64,000 nucleotides of DNA from Catajapyx aquilonaris (Eukaryota), in NCBI GenBank assembly GCA_000934665.2, contig KZ538230.1, forward strand, positions 1 to 64,000. The letters are read 5' to 3'. The position numbers and the translations under genes were made by a program. This document shows, in pieces, positions 11,273 to 25,599 of the stretch (positions are counted from its first letter, which is position 1; every line of letters starts with the position of its first letter). The notes under the pieces were generated by a model. That model made no database searches. It was not told the origin of the DNA and worked only from the letters and a program-made list of their open reading frames with translations.

Positions 11273-14200
11273 TGTAAACATGATAATACGAAATAAGAAT
11301 AAGTATATACTGTACGCCGGTAGTTATAATGCTGCGTGATGTGCCAGGCTTTGAACCATAAGCTGAAGAGAAGTCTGGACTGAAGTGATAATTTTCACAT
11401 ACTGGTACAGAATATATTTTGTGCAATGTTCTGAGATATAGACAAGATTATGAAACTGAAAACAAGGTACCAAGAGAAGCTTGCGTCAAGTTATCAGCAT
11501 ATTATCTTTATCAGAGTTTATTTCATAACTAATTCCCAAGGTAGTAATTCCCTCTTTCGTAAATTTTAAGAAAACTATTCTACAAAATAACATTGCGCAA
11601 TTATCGGCTAATTCTTAAAGAACCGCAGCCTACCAATATTGTAGACACTTGAATAAATGTCGAAAAAATGTCGGAAGGTTATCCCTTCTCCAGAACTACA
11701 ACGCCCAGCACGAATTGCATTCAAATCACGGACAGGAACGAATTCTCCGCACGTGGAGTTGGTCTCTGAGGCTCTCATTATTTATAAACACCCTTAAATC
11801 CATGCGGATGACTCCTTCAAATGAATTGTTCCACCAGCGAGATAGGGAAAAGGTGTGTATATGACCTTTTCAGGTAACGGGATGAGTGATAATGGAGCTG
11901 TTAGGCTCGAAGCTCACCACCCCTCAAATCTGAGAATGGGGCGTGTGAGTAAAAATATGGCGACCGCCAGGAGGTACAGTGAGACCAGATTCAGCTGCCA
12001 CTTCCTCCCGCAAGGCAAAAAGAAAGGGGTAATTGTGTAAGTGGGCACTTGCAAAACGGGCCTGATGGTAATCTATGGGTGGTAAGGTGGGCCATGCAGG
12101 GGGAAGGTCGTAGCCTAAAGCAGGGTGCGCGATGGATAGATAGACGGATGGGTGGTTTTATATTTCCTCCCAGCAGTTCAAAGCGTGGAAATACGAGTCG
12201 AAGGCGGGGCAAAGTGTGACTTATTGCAAAAATTGCTCCAGGCAACGGTTGGGGTGAGCACATATAGGTGAAGGTGTTACAAACACTGCATATTGGGGCA
12301 GATTCTATAGGAAAGGCCAAAAATTATCTATAATCCTGCATGTATAGGTCTAGCTTGTCAACAAGTGTCCTTCCGTCACAGGTCTTCTACCAACCATGGC
12401 TGTACACACCGTAGGTCAGTCAGAGAATCTGTATGACATTTCTATGATTCTCTTAAGAGATTTTTCAAAGGGAAATACAAAATTGCAGATTTGCACATGA
12501 GTTAGAACACTAGTTTTATGGGCAGCGACACCTTATCAAATGACATTGCTGTCTAGTGATATTAATGTTATTTCTTTCAATAAATTCTATGTAACAATTT
12601 ACCATGGAGAAATAACTTCAAAACTTTCAAGCACTTTCTGAGCAAAGTAAAGGGAGGAAGCATGTTTGGCACACTTTACATCCACTTTTGCAAAATATGA
12701 GGAGGAAAATTAATGCTGCATCAGTTCAATAATTACAATTCCAGCAGCAGCCTTGGCAGCCAATTTGTGAGTGAAATACATCTTTTTAAAGGTAACCTCA
12801 ACCTTGAGCAACACTCTCCTTTTTCGCTTCCCCTTTCACAAGAAGCTGGGAGTGGTTGGACAGGATCGATCGGAAAAGAAGAATGATGGAAGATGAAAGG
12901 GGAGGAGACAGCCAAGATAAATGAACATTTCATCAGTTAAATGGTGAGAAACAAGCACCAAGGTCTCCGGGTATTAGGCCTCACCTCCCGGCCACCCTTT
13001 TTCTTTCCTATCGGCTAGTATAAGCAATAGCATTTTCCTTCATAAGTTTTTAACATTCCACTGCAGTATATGAATAGTGCAGACATTTAAATTGTCGAAA
13101 TGCTATAGGAATTGATATATCCCATCTCTCTATTTTTTATCAACCAAACCCTTCGTCTTATTTTTTTTTTTCTTTCAGATGCACCCTGCCGGTGCCTACA
13201 TATAAAGTTTTGTATGAAGGAGATGGGGCATTATAAAAAATAAGACGAGGGTATGAAGGGTGCGACTTGGGACTATTCAAACTCGCCGACCTACAGAAAG
13301 GCCTAAGCATGGGATCGACAGGTGTACTTTTGCCCGTCATTTTCCATCGGGACAAGCCCTTTGTTTCCTTCGGTGGCTGTTTACTCACCATTCCTCATGG
13401 CTGACAGCAGCTTAAATTTATCTTTAGCACACCGTTCCGCTGACATCAAACATATCTTTATACACGTACTGAGCGCAACTGGCATTGCAATATTACACGG
13501 TAGCCTCGTATTCTTCATTGGCAGTTATGTATAGTTTCTTCCACGATTTGTGCCCTTCCGGTCCTTTGTGCTGAATTGGCAGCTGGTTGTGATGTGCTCT
13601 CTGTTATGATGGCAGATAAAAGAAGCAGAGGAAGTGCAGCCGGACCCCATCATGGGGTAATAGAAAGAAAAAGACCTTCTATGCCTTGAGGGGCCCTTTT
13701 GGAAGAATAATGATGTGTAGAAACAATGGTCAAGCGATACGCTCTCCTTATGTACATGACACGTGAGCAGCAGGTCTTTATATACATATAGAGGTCTACC
13801 TCTAGTAAAAAGCTCTTGGTATATACAGTGTTAGTCGCAACCACTGCTTCGTAAATGACCTATTCGCTTTCCCAAAATCGTCCCCTATTAAGCGCTATGA
13901 AGCAGCACTTACTGGTCACCACGGGAGAGAAACGTTTCTGGAGATAAAACTTGTTGAATTATGACTGGCTTATCTGCGGCCGTGCGTATCAGAGGAATCG
14001 CAGCTAATTACAAGGCTAGTTGGCATCGGAACCCTTGTCCGGGCTAATTTATTGGGGCCTAATTGTTGGCTACAAAAGAAAGGAATGCCACTCTGATGAT
14101 ATAATTAGGTGTCAACGCAGCCGCACTATATAGCTTGGCTCTTTCCACGTATTTTTAGTTAAAATGCATGCAGCTTTAGCCTCGTGTTTTGGTTTTCTGG

Positions 14201-17187
14201 GTATAGACCACGGCTGTCGGCTTTTAAAAAATGCAGTGAGAGAATTTTTCTTTACAGCAATATAACAAAAATTGTATACCTGGTATACAGACTTGCTGGA
14301 TATTTCCTTAAAGTCCTGGAAGAAAAGTGATAAGCCCATTTTCTTCACCCGACTTTGAAAACACTTAGCAAATCTGTTCTAAAGCTGACAGCCATATAAT
14401 TACAAGCTCTCTGTGCAAGTTTCTAAATTCAGAAAAAAATTATCCCCAGGCACAAGTCGCTAAGCAGGTTGTACAAAAAATCAGCAAAAAATTAGCGCAA
14501 CAAATCAGGTAGTTCCACCTTATTGCGATAATGAGCAGTGCACTTTCTCTCAGTAAAGCACGCTAATAATAAGAGATGCGATGACGGAGCTGAGTTGTTG
14601 CTTCTTTTTTTTGTTGTTTCAGGTAGTTGTTTCGCGTGCCTCACGCCAATCACGAGAGTAGTGCCTTCTGGTAAGGTGCAGATGTTTCCCCGCCTGTGAT
14701 TACCATCTTATCGCTCTCTCCTCACAGCGAAATGGGCGTCAAGCCCTTCATTAAGTCGCCACCTAATTGCATAATGGCTGACCACAGTTTCAACTCGGTA
14801 ATAATCCACACCCTGGTATATAAAATCAGACTCATGAATAAACAGTAGCGGGATGCTTCTGCTGGGGTCTATCTGCGATTTAGCGTCTGCCTGATTGGAA
14901 GGGATTGTTCGCCAGCTAGGACCAATAGGATGATAAGGTGGACAACTTTCTAACTTTATCCGTGTGTAATAGGATACGATTTTGCTTCATGCAAATAATC
15001 AGTGCACTTGAATGTTGAAAATGAATTCTCAGCTGATGATATTTATGACGTCTGGTTTTTCGAGTAGAACTCTGTGATTCACTTATACTGAGCTATCGTG
15101 AAATCGTAATCGTCTGGATTATTCGGGAATCCACACGTTATTCGCCGATATTTACAGGAGTTTCTGCTCCAGGACCTGGCAACATAACTATATTTTCCCC
15201 ATTCTTCCCACATGTGTTTTCTTCGTAAGTGAATCACAGTATATTCACTCTCCGTACGTGTAGGTATCAATAGACTAAATCTGATTTTAAATATACACTG
15301 CAGTTACATACTATAGCATGGTTTTAAAAACAATTTAATTATTCTTGCCCCCCTCTTTACCTGCTTCAGCATTTTATCCGGATTGTCGAATTATCCCGTT
15401 TATTCAGGGATGGCTGAAATAATAAAGAAATAAATCATCAAATTTGCATAATATAAAACAGGTTTGTTGGCAATGTGCAAATTCAGTTTACAAAATTAAA
15501 TTGCTGTTTTTGCAGAAGTGGATTATTTTCATGTTTAGACTAATGGTTTGTCTGGGGACCAAGAAAGATCCCGTTTCAAGCCTAGATTTTCATTAGCCTA
15601 CTCAGAGAACAGATATTTAAAAACTGAGTTTTTACCTAATACATGCAGGTACTATAGTACATAATTATTTAATTAGGAACAACTTCCGGCAACAGAATGA
15701 TCGGCGAACACCACTAAATATATCCTCGATGGGATCCTTAGTATCTTCCGCAGATATATAAGTTCAGTAAGCATTACAATACCGTATCACAACTGACCAA
15801 AGTTTTTTGTAGCGGTATAACAAACTGCTTTCTATGTGGTGCTGGTCAGCCTATAGTACGAATGGTGTGACGACGCAAAATAATAACGTCTACAACATGT
15901 TATTACTGCATTATAAAATAACCTTCCTTTTAAACCACTCAGGTGATGGTGTGATTTATTAATTTGCTCATCAGCAACGCATACGAGTTGCACATGTAGT
16001 ATATTACACACACGAAGGTTTGGTCCAGGGTGAGATCCTGAAACGTCATCACGTACAATACCCCACCGTAATTTATAAGCAAAGTTCCCGCCTCCGAAGG
16101 AAAAAGGAAAAGGTGCAACGGGAATCGGTTGCGAATGGAAGGCCAAGGAAGTTGTGGCGGAGGAGGTGCTGTTGATGGTGCCCTTCTTCCTACACGTGAC
16201 AGAACTGGGCTGCCTTTATTAATGAGAACGCTATAAAACACTCGGACCATTTTTACCCTATTGTTTTCCGTCTTTGTCGTGTTTCGCCCTAGGCTTAGAT
16301 AGCTGCAGATTAAAGCCAGTCAGGCGAATAAATTCAAGGTGTGAGAGTCATTAGTTTTGTAAATTTCATTGGCATGTAATGAAATAATTAATTACTACTG
16401 GTATTTACGGCCATATTATCACATCCTCGTAATTAAAAAGCCATGTTGTGAAGCTTTATTGTTTGCCGAAGTTTCGGTATCATGAAGAAAATATAAACAA
16501 AAAAAACTACACTGTATCACATTTTAATGCACAAGAGGGGTATAGTCAGCGGTGTAAAATACCCAAGCAAAATATAATACTGTAAAAGGAGGCTTAGAAT
16601 AAGGCATACGTATATGTAAATCGAATGAAATTATAGGGACAACCAACTTGAAAAAATGGTGTACACTATTCAGGGTGGTCAAAAAAGAATGCCCCGATTC
16701 TAAACTCTATAATTCGAAAACTTTTGGCCATATCTATAAATGATTTAACTTTTGAAATGCTATAATATGAGCTCCATTTGTCGTTCAGAAAATGTAAATA
16801 CCGTCATCGGTGACTTGCCTAACCCGATCAGACATGTCTGGGGTCAGCACCATTGAGATCCTATCCCATATAGTGTAAGTGCTGGATATGACGGATCTTT
16901 ACACCACACACATTGTTCTTGATGATGCACATAAAAAGTCGCCTCATCCATGAAACAAACCTGCCGTCGTATTAGGAAAGTTTCATTTCTTCAGCCTCCC
17001 AGTGTGGAACGTCTTGAATGAGAAGTTTCCCAATGCCTAGCCCCCCCCCCCCCCCAGGATCCCAGATCTTGTCCCNCCCCCCCCAGAAGCCCAGATCTTA
17101 CCCCCAATTGACTTTATGTGGCGATAAATGCAGGATGAAAAGATACGCGATTTCCAGCACCTAGATGGAATAGGATCCCAATGGTGA

Positions 17188-17444
17188 GGGCGACACGGTG
17201 ACGGAGTGGTTAGCCCATTCCGTACCTCTATAAGGTCCAGAGTTCGATCCCCGGATCGGACAGAGGATACTTATGTGGATAGAGTTTCGATGGGTTCTCT
17301 CCATGTTCGAGTGGATTTTCTCGGGATTCTCCCGTTTGGTTTCCTCCCACTATCAAAATCCATTACAGCAAAGGGAATGATTAAAGTCGGTAAATTAAAA
17401 AGATGATCCCCTAAAAAGCCCAAGGAGGCTTATCATGGGGTATC

Positions 17445-17520
<76 letters not shown>
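17188..17520 (+). mobile_element. tRNA-derived SINE, family C, with V/Meta-SINE-like core and (ATT)n tail
   Basis: A box TGACGGAGTGG, B box GTTCGATCC (17242-17250), core GGATTTTCTCGGGATTCTCCCGTTTGGTTTCCTCCCAC and an (ATT)n tail. The 18-bp TSD ATAGGATC(C/T)CAATGGTGA lies at 17170-17187 and 17521-17538. Confidence 0.92.

Positions 17521-17522
<2 letters not shown>
17446..17522. repeat. (ATT)n microsatellite, about 25 units (SINE tail)
   Basis: Pure trinucleotide run directly before the right TSD copy. Confidence 0.97.
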
Positions 17523-17523
<1 letters not shown>

Positions 17524-20500
17524 GGATCTCAATGGTGACTCCAGACATGTCTGATCGGGTTAGGCACGACACCGATTACGGTATTAACATTTTCTGAGCG
17601 ACAATTGGAGCTCATATCGAAAAAAACTCTGGTAAGACCAAAACGTTAGACCTTTCTCAGCATTTCAAAACTTAAATCATTAAGATATGTCTACAAGTTT
17701 TTCGAGTTATAGGGGTTTAGAATCGGGCATTCTTTTTCGACCACCCTGTATAATATATCCTTAGACGTGAGTGCCTCTTCAGTGTGAGATTTTCTTAGAA
17801 AGGAGGTGTGTGAAGCTGAAATATTAATTGAAGATGAGTTCGCGGAAGCAAAATTAGAACTAGTAACCATTAATAATAGCTATTGTTCGAGGATCAGAGA
17901 CCACCTTGAACACTTATAAATAACAGTATTGACCCCAAGGCAGGTAATGTTCCCAGAATATTCGCCATGAATGACACCCTCTGAATGCTCCCAATTTATT
18001 CAGTGAATTAAGATCTCATAACCACATTACAATATGACCATCAAAAATGCTCACACTCGAATAACTTTTCATTTATTTATAACTTAACACAAAGGCCGAA
18101 GCCGCTGATGGTAGAAGAATAATAACTGCTGCAGGTGATACTTTCCCTCATATTTCACTTTTCTGCCGGCGTGCGCTGTGTCATCCCCAACACCTTCTTG
18201 ATGCTCACCTTTTACTCATCCAACCACACACGCCACTACTTGCATCCATTTTGCAAACTTACAACCATCATTACGACCGAACAATGGAGATTTCGACGTC
18301 AGCATGAAAAACGAACCCCTTTCCCCTAAGGGGGTACTGTACTCTACAAAAAAAAGGGAAAACCACCTTACAAATTTACAAGCAATCATTTTCGCACAAC
18401 AGCAGACTCCCGTAATTTAATTCCGCGTCGGTATCGGTAGAGCACGCATCAGCGTACCGTCATAATAAGAACAACGTCCTTCTCCAGCCCTTTCATTATA
18501 GCACCTCTTCCCTCTCATTTCGAGTCGGGCCACAGCAAAAGAAGCCGGTTGTTGAGCCCCCAATGGTACCCAAGTTCATTGTCAAAGAGATAATCGATCG
18601 AGCATCACCGCAATCACTGGGTGGAGTGGTTTAGGACTGGTGTAAGTAGGGGTGAAAGTGGTAATGATCCATCGGTGCAATTAGGGGGTTGGTTCTAGTA
18701 AACCCCTCTTTTACAGCTGCTTATTCCGGGCAAGGTCACCCCCACCTTTTTGTTTGTTTCTTCCAAGTTTGACCCGAAAGTATACAAGACCACACGCATT
18801 TTTGGAGCACCCATTTTCTTGTCGGCGTCGGGCACCCAACAGTGATGAATCGGAAATTTTTGAGGGTGATCCTTCAATATGGGTGTCATTTTTACGTGGA
18901 AAACAAACTATGTACTAGTCCTTCGGATGAGAAAAGTAAAAGTAATTTCTAGACAACAAGATGGCTTCTACCACCCCCCATCGCCGGTGGCCTCTTCCAA
19001 ATCACGATTCTTATCTAAGAATCCTTTCCAGTAAAGGGAGCCTAATTAATACAACATGGAGCTAAACGGCAAGATGAAGGGTAGCCAGAAAGAGATTAAT
19101 GAGGAGTGTGGAAGCGCACGCCGGGTGGGGTATAAGGAGGTGGGGTGATGGGGGGTAAAAGTGACCACCTTGGCCCAGTCAACACGCGGCAAATGAATGC
19201 CCCAGGCCTCAAAATGGGACCTGGTATCTATCATGAGGCCAGATGTTATCAACTTTTTGATTTTTTTGTGCCAGGATGCTGTTTTCTTGCATCCCCAGGT
19301 GTGGAAGGAAGGGATGTTATGGCCATCTTTTCACACCTTGCCCCATAACCCTGTCTCACCTTGGATAGATATGAGCACCTTTTCAGGGGCGGAAGGAAAG
19401 GAAAATCCGGTGTGTGGTCCAGTCTGCCCCTCAGCGGGGAGGAAAAAGTGGTGTCACATATCACGTCACCACCTGGAGGCAAAACTCCTTGTGATGTATA
19501 GGAAGTGGAAAGGGTGGTTGACTACTCTTGGCCACCATTTAAAACATTAAAAGTGAACGTGAAAGTGGGCTCTTACATCATTTCTGATGTAAATGAGGAA
19601 AAAATTATCCATATTCTCCCCAATATTGTTGCCAAAAGGGCTGGCAGTATACAATATTGATGACTATTAGCAGATTATAGCTTCTGCTCATTAACCTCCC
19701 TGCACCGATAATTAATTACAGCAGTATACGTACTCCTATTACACCACGCAAAAATCTCACACAATTTGAAACGACAAATCTGGTTGTTTTTTTACCTCAT
19801 TGTCAGCTACACAATAATCACTAATATGGTAAATAATGTATCACTGCTGGCCATTTTCAGGCGATCCCCATACACTTCATTATACATGATTAATGCGGCA
19901 CCATCTCCCATTCTAGTGTGTTCCCTGCTATTGTTCTGGTGGTCTCATCCAGAGAGAGCGAAAGGGGGCCGGAAGTGGATGACCCAGACCTCTAGTTCCC
20001 ATGGTTCGGATGCAGGGAGGGTCACACACAGATCGAAGTCCCCATGCCTGTGAATCATAGTACTGAGCCGACACCCAGATAACCGTTAAAACTGTTGACA
20101 AGCAGGGGCAGGTGCTGTGCCACGAGATACTTGTGTCGGGGGAGGCAGGGACAGGGGGTCAGGGGAGGTTAAATGGAAAGGGGGAATTAGGCCTGAACAA
20201 TGAAGCTCGTGCTCTCATTCTCTGGTCAGAGTCAGGAGTGACCCTTATTGGCAAAGAACACACTCTGGAACATATTGGCAACTGCACATCAACGCTTTTG
20301 GCTATAATTGGCTATAGGCTGGACCCAATGGCAGTTATCCTACCACAGAAGTTTTAAATAGTAGGCTCTTGGAATAGATGCAAATTGATATAAAGTGAGA
20401 GCAGCATTTATGATGTGGACAATTGCATCATCCTTGACCGATTGGTCCAGGATTGCCATCAATTGGTTCCGGAGATCAAGCGAGGCACACGTTCGTTACC

Positions 20501-23500
20501 AGTGAATAGAAGAGGTTGTGAAAAAGGGAGAGAGGAAAAGGTGGTGGCAGCATGTACGAACCCTCTCTGGCATACAGTGGAGGGTCCGCCCCATCCATGC
20601 ACCAGGCAACAATCATCCCCCTGAAAAGCGCGGATTTGACGAGGGTCACACGCGAGTCCCTCCGGATTCCCGGATGGATAGATTGATGGACGGAGGAAAG
20701 GGAATGTGCGATGCCCCCTATCCACCACCCACCTTCCAAAAACAAGGCCTGCCCTGGTCCCCCTCCTCCTAATGGATTAGCGGAAGAGTCGCCATCACTC
20801 ATTTATCTGCTTCATATGAGACGGACAAGGAACGCAACTCTAACTCATTCAATGGACCCCTCCCGTTGTACCTTTTTTTGACCCAGCTGATGGGTCGTGC
20901 CGGATGCGTGGGAGCCAACCACCTTTTCTGATAGCAGTGCACGTCATCTAATAACTTGTTACACTAACGATCACTGATGTGGCAATGAATGCTCCAGGAA
21001 AGAACGGGGTGGAAAGAGGGTTGCATGCATGTCAGGAGTGCACGCTGTTGTATCCATTTGTAAAGACCTTGCAGAACCATCAAGATGAGTAACGTATATA
21101 GTGCTAATGTCACCGACCATTTCAGTTAGTTTTAATTATGACACCCACTGCACGACACGGCGGGGCCAGCAGTCCCACGATGTTTATCACCTTGGCAAAT
21201 AGACCGTGATTGAGAAACGGTCGCGAGCAAGTTGAAAACAACATGTATGGCGGGTGATCCGACGCACTGGCTGATCCCCCCGGTGATATTTGCAGAGCGC
21301 AATATGAATCCACTGAAAAGGGGGGGGATACGACCATCCCACCGTCGCGTGCTTCCATTCACCGCTGAAAGTCCTCCCGAAGAATAGAGTTTGTTAAGAG
21401 CAAGAGTCGCCACCTGCCCTCCCCCATCAACCCATACAGCAGCCGCAGCCATCGGGTTGGTTGGTCGGTGGGTCGGTGGTGGTGGTGCAGACTAGAGAGG
21501 CGCACGCCGAACCGCAGCAGCTTCAAGAATGCACGCCCTGACGATCAATTAGAGTGGTATAGGAGCAGTCGCGGGGGTTTTGCAACCATCTCTTTTCCTC
21601 TGCTAGTCCCTGCTGAATCTGCTTGGAACAGCTGGATGGGACAGGTGAGGGAAGCTGGCAGGCAGTTCGGGTAGAGAAGTATCAATACCCGCCGCTGCTT
21701 CATAATAGGGCCCTCCCTGCTCTAAACCCAGGGGCCTTTGTACCCTGCCAATAGCACTAACCCTCCTCTCTCCAAGCCTGGTGCTTGTTTCCCAGGAAGG
21801 GATTGATGCTGCTGCTGCTGGGGGAACAAGGAGAGGAGGGAGGAGACCGGTGCACACTTTTCGGAAAAGCATAACACCTTGCCCTGGCCCACAACTTGTG
21901 GACTGACCGGTGCAAGCAGTGTGGAGGAGGAATTGAGCGGCAGGGGAAAAGGAGAGATGGCCGGATGCCGCCTGGGTCAATAGAGTCTATTGGGTGGGGG
22001 GGGGGGGGGGTGGTCAAANGTACGCAGGAGGATGTCAAAGAAGAGCAACAATATGATCGTACACAAGTCAATTTGATTTATACAGGCGAAAATGACTAGC
22101 TTGGAAATTCAACAGTAGGAATATGATCTATCAGATACGCACAAGTTCTCATCGGCTCATATATGTTGACACGACGTGTCACGTGAACAAAACGATGTGA
22201 ATGATTAAATCTTAATTACTGTACTGAATATACACTTTAGCCCACACTTTAGCGTTTAGCCTATTCACTACTGTATCCACAGGTAGTCCCCGGCAGGGAG
22301 TCTCCGGTTTACAAGCGACCCGATATGACTTACGGCAATCCGTACTAACGAACAGACTCCCATATAGCTCCCAGAAGGATAATGTATAATTATTAATTAT
22401 CCTTCCACTTTCAATCACTTCTGGCGAACTTTGACAGACACCAAGTTCAACATAAATACTGTATAATTAATAAATAATTGGGAAACTACGTTCTCCCACA
22501 CATGTAAACAAACACAAATGACATAGGCTAAGCAATCATTGGAGGAGCATCTTTGTATAGTATAATGCGCTGTTCCTCAGGGATCCGAGTTACGTACTGT
22601 ACAAATCCGACTTATGGACATTTTCAGGAACGTAACCTCGTAGCTTTCTGTATTCACACTTCGGAATTTAATATTAACTACGACAATATTGATGTATATT
22701 CCAATCAAATCTCTAACAAAGGCCCAAATAACTCAATTCTTGGCCAGAGTGAAATGCGCCATTCTACATCTTCGAATCGACCCAGCTTACGTATTTCAGT
22801 TGAAATCGTGAAACCATAATGGAATAGCTTTCGTGCAAATAGGGCCGAATGTCTTACGCATTGCGAACTTTATTTTCCCAAGTCCTACTCATGCAGCCGA
22901 ATATTTTCCATAATGAATACCTGCTCAACCAACCGCCTTCACCTTGGATCTATTATACACGGGATGACCAGTTCCCCGCCCGTTAAGACCACCAAGCAGA
23001 GCATGGTATATAACCTGAGTAGTTGTCACAGGTGACCTGCACCGGACGTCCATCTTTGTCGGGAAAGAGGAAGTTGCTCTGAATCAAAGCGGTCCACTTC
23101 CAGCGCTATCGGATCTGCTCCTTTCACTGCGAACCTGTTCTTCATTGACCATGAGGGACCTTGAGACAGCAAGTTGAAGGGAGAAGAACGTCCCAATAGC
23201 CGTCGTATTTTATTTTCTGCAGGTTCCCATGGCGGAGTGAAAGGATGGCTTCCGTACTTTCTCACCGGTTCGAGTGTCACAGCCGGATTAGATTTACACG
23301 TGAATGAAAGGTGAAACCGGTGTCTGGATCATTTCGTCATCATCATGACCGGTACATCTTGCCCAGGATGAGCAGTTGGAGAGGGCTAGCCGGGAGCAAC
23401 GATCTAGATCTAAAAATTCTTAGACCTTTAAGTATACCACTTCGACCACGATAAAGTATACTGTCAAGGCAGATGACGGACAATACATGGCGCTGGGTAT

Positions 23501-25479
23501 AACTAAGAAATCGCATTTGAAAATGTATTCTAATCATTAAGGCAATCATTTTATGATCGAATCACATTTTGGACCCACATTTGATATATACCATTCAATG
23601 CTGTGATTTTCTGAGCTGCTGTAATTGATAGCGATCAACCTTAAGTACACGTAAATATGGTTTTACACGCGCAGCACTATAGTAGAGGAGACAAAGCTGC
23701 CCGATACCATCAGAACATGTGATTCAGATCTCTTTCGTGACACTTTTGCTGCCCCACACAAATTATTGCTACCATCACACACACAAGGCCATCAATAAAG
23801 TAACTCCACTGCGCATGCACTAATGTGAATTATTATCAGTGTGCAGTTTTAAAATAGTTGCATTACTTGCATATACAATACACAGTACAAACCACAAAAC
23901 GTGATATAACAGCCTATTGCATTAGGTTCGAGGTTGAAGTTGAATATTGAAGGGTTTGAAAGAGACTTGTCAAATGTACTTCAGAAAAATCAAATTTGAC
24001 TGAGCCTCTCAATTTTCTGCGCTTTTATATACAGTACCATCATTTTCTGTACCATTCGCTTTCCCTTGTACTGTATATTTGTCTTTAATCTTAAATACTG
24101 TGCATATACAGTAGGAATATGGAACCCCATCTCACATCAGTTATACAAAACTCCAAGCGGCATGCACCATTAATTTTAATGATACATACCGATACCGTAA
24201 CTTTTCACACTAAAATTTTTGGCAATTACCGTGTACCTGTATACAGTGCTTTGCTATACCATCTACATATATTATAGGTTGTCAATACGATGCCCGCAAG
24301 TAAATTCTCGCTCTAATGTGACCTTATAATGATTGAGAAGACGTAAACCGTAAATGGATCAAAACCCCAAAACCCATGGCAAAATGAGTTTTGCGACTCC
24401 CCCTATACAGGTGTGATGTGTTGCGTCATAAAGAGAATAACTCAGTCGAGTTGCGTCATGCTTAGTTTTTAATAGGTAACCTCCCATAATTCCGGTTTGA
24501 CTCTATAACAGCAGACCTTCTCGGGCAGCTATAAGTTATAAGACATTTAACAAAAAAGAGGCCATCGTAACAATAATCCTGGCTACTTATTTTCTCATCC
24601 CGGCTTCTCCATTTTAATGCAATACTGTTTTTGGTGATTGTTGATTCAGTATATGTAACGAAGAGTACTGATGCCTCAAATGTCATTAATTTCATAACTT
24701 TCCAGGCAGCATCTCCTATATCCCGTGAGTCTAGTGGGACGGCTGGTAGCGCAGGCAGGAGGCTGGGGGGTGGGCACGCAGGTACCTAGCATCCCTTTCT
24801 AGGTACCACCTCTGCTGGTATGCGTTGGAGAGCAGTTGGCCCATGGTGGCAGGTTGCTGTTTTTGCATATAAAATACGATGAGTTCTCATTGAGGACTCA
24901 TATCACTCCAATAACTATACTATACTCGCACAAAAAGCACACTTACTGATTCATAGCTGGGAACGAATCGTCTGCCTGGCGGCCCACCCCACGGTTGGTA
25001 CATATCCTGACCCAAGACGAAGGGGGTAGGTTGTCGGATAATAGCCTATGGAATAAGGTGAAATTAGAGTGATCCATTCAGTATGCATATGCTGACAACC
25101 TTCTCCCACGGCCGTACAGGAAGTGCATCATTTATTGATTACCGGTACTTCTGGAAGACACTTTCTGGTTGTTAGTGACTTACCATCACTCTCCCACAGG
25201 ACGAGCATTGCGCCACGGTGACTTTGGGGGTTTGGTTGGACATTTTTCAGGTGGATTTGTAGAGGTAACAAAAAATTTTGAAGGACTAGGTCTAAAGGTG
25301 TGGAAGGTGGTAGAAAATATTCGAATAAACAAACTGAGGCGGTGCTCGTTGCGGGGCTACGCAGATGACGACGGCCGATTGTTACGTCATGTGGCCCCGA
25401 TTGAGCGGATCGACTCAAGAGGCGAAAAAAAATTGGGTTCAAGGTCACACGAGCTTAGGTGAATGTGGGAGATTTGAAT

Positions 25480-25599
25480 GGGTGTGTATTTGATAAAATT
25501 TGTGGCACTTTTTCCCAAAAAATCACGAATTAGTAATTTCTGATGCTATTTCAAACATTTCGGGTGGGGGCGGCCCCCCTCCCCCTGCATACGCCACTG
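25480..25599. mobile_element. Orphan hAT-like terminus
   Basis: GGGGGCGGCCCCCCTCCCCCTGCATACGCCACTG. The reverse complement starts CAGTGGCGTATGCAGGGGG. The left boundary is uncertain. Confidence 0.45.

Larger units (their letters stand above)
16671..17748. mobile_element. Non-autonomous Tc1/mariner-superfamily element with long inverted arms, carrying a nested SINE
   Basis: Termini CAGGGTGGTC...GACCACCCTG|TA. Arms of about 200-230 bp are reverse complements. Transposase remnants include FSLPVWNVLNEKFPN, PPRSPDLTP/IDFMW and VTPDMSDRV...ATIGAHIE. Confidence 0.9.
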
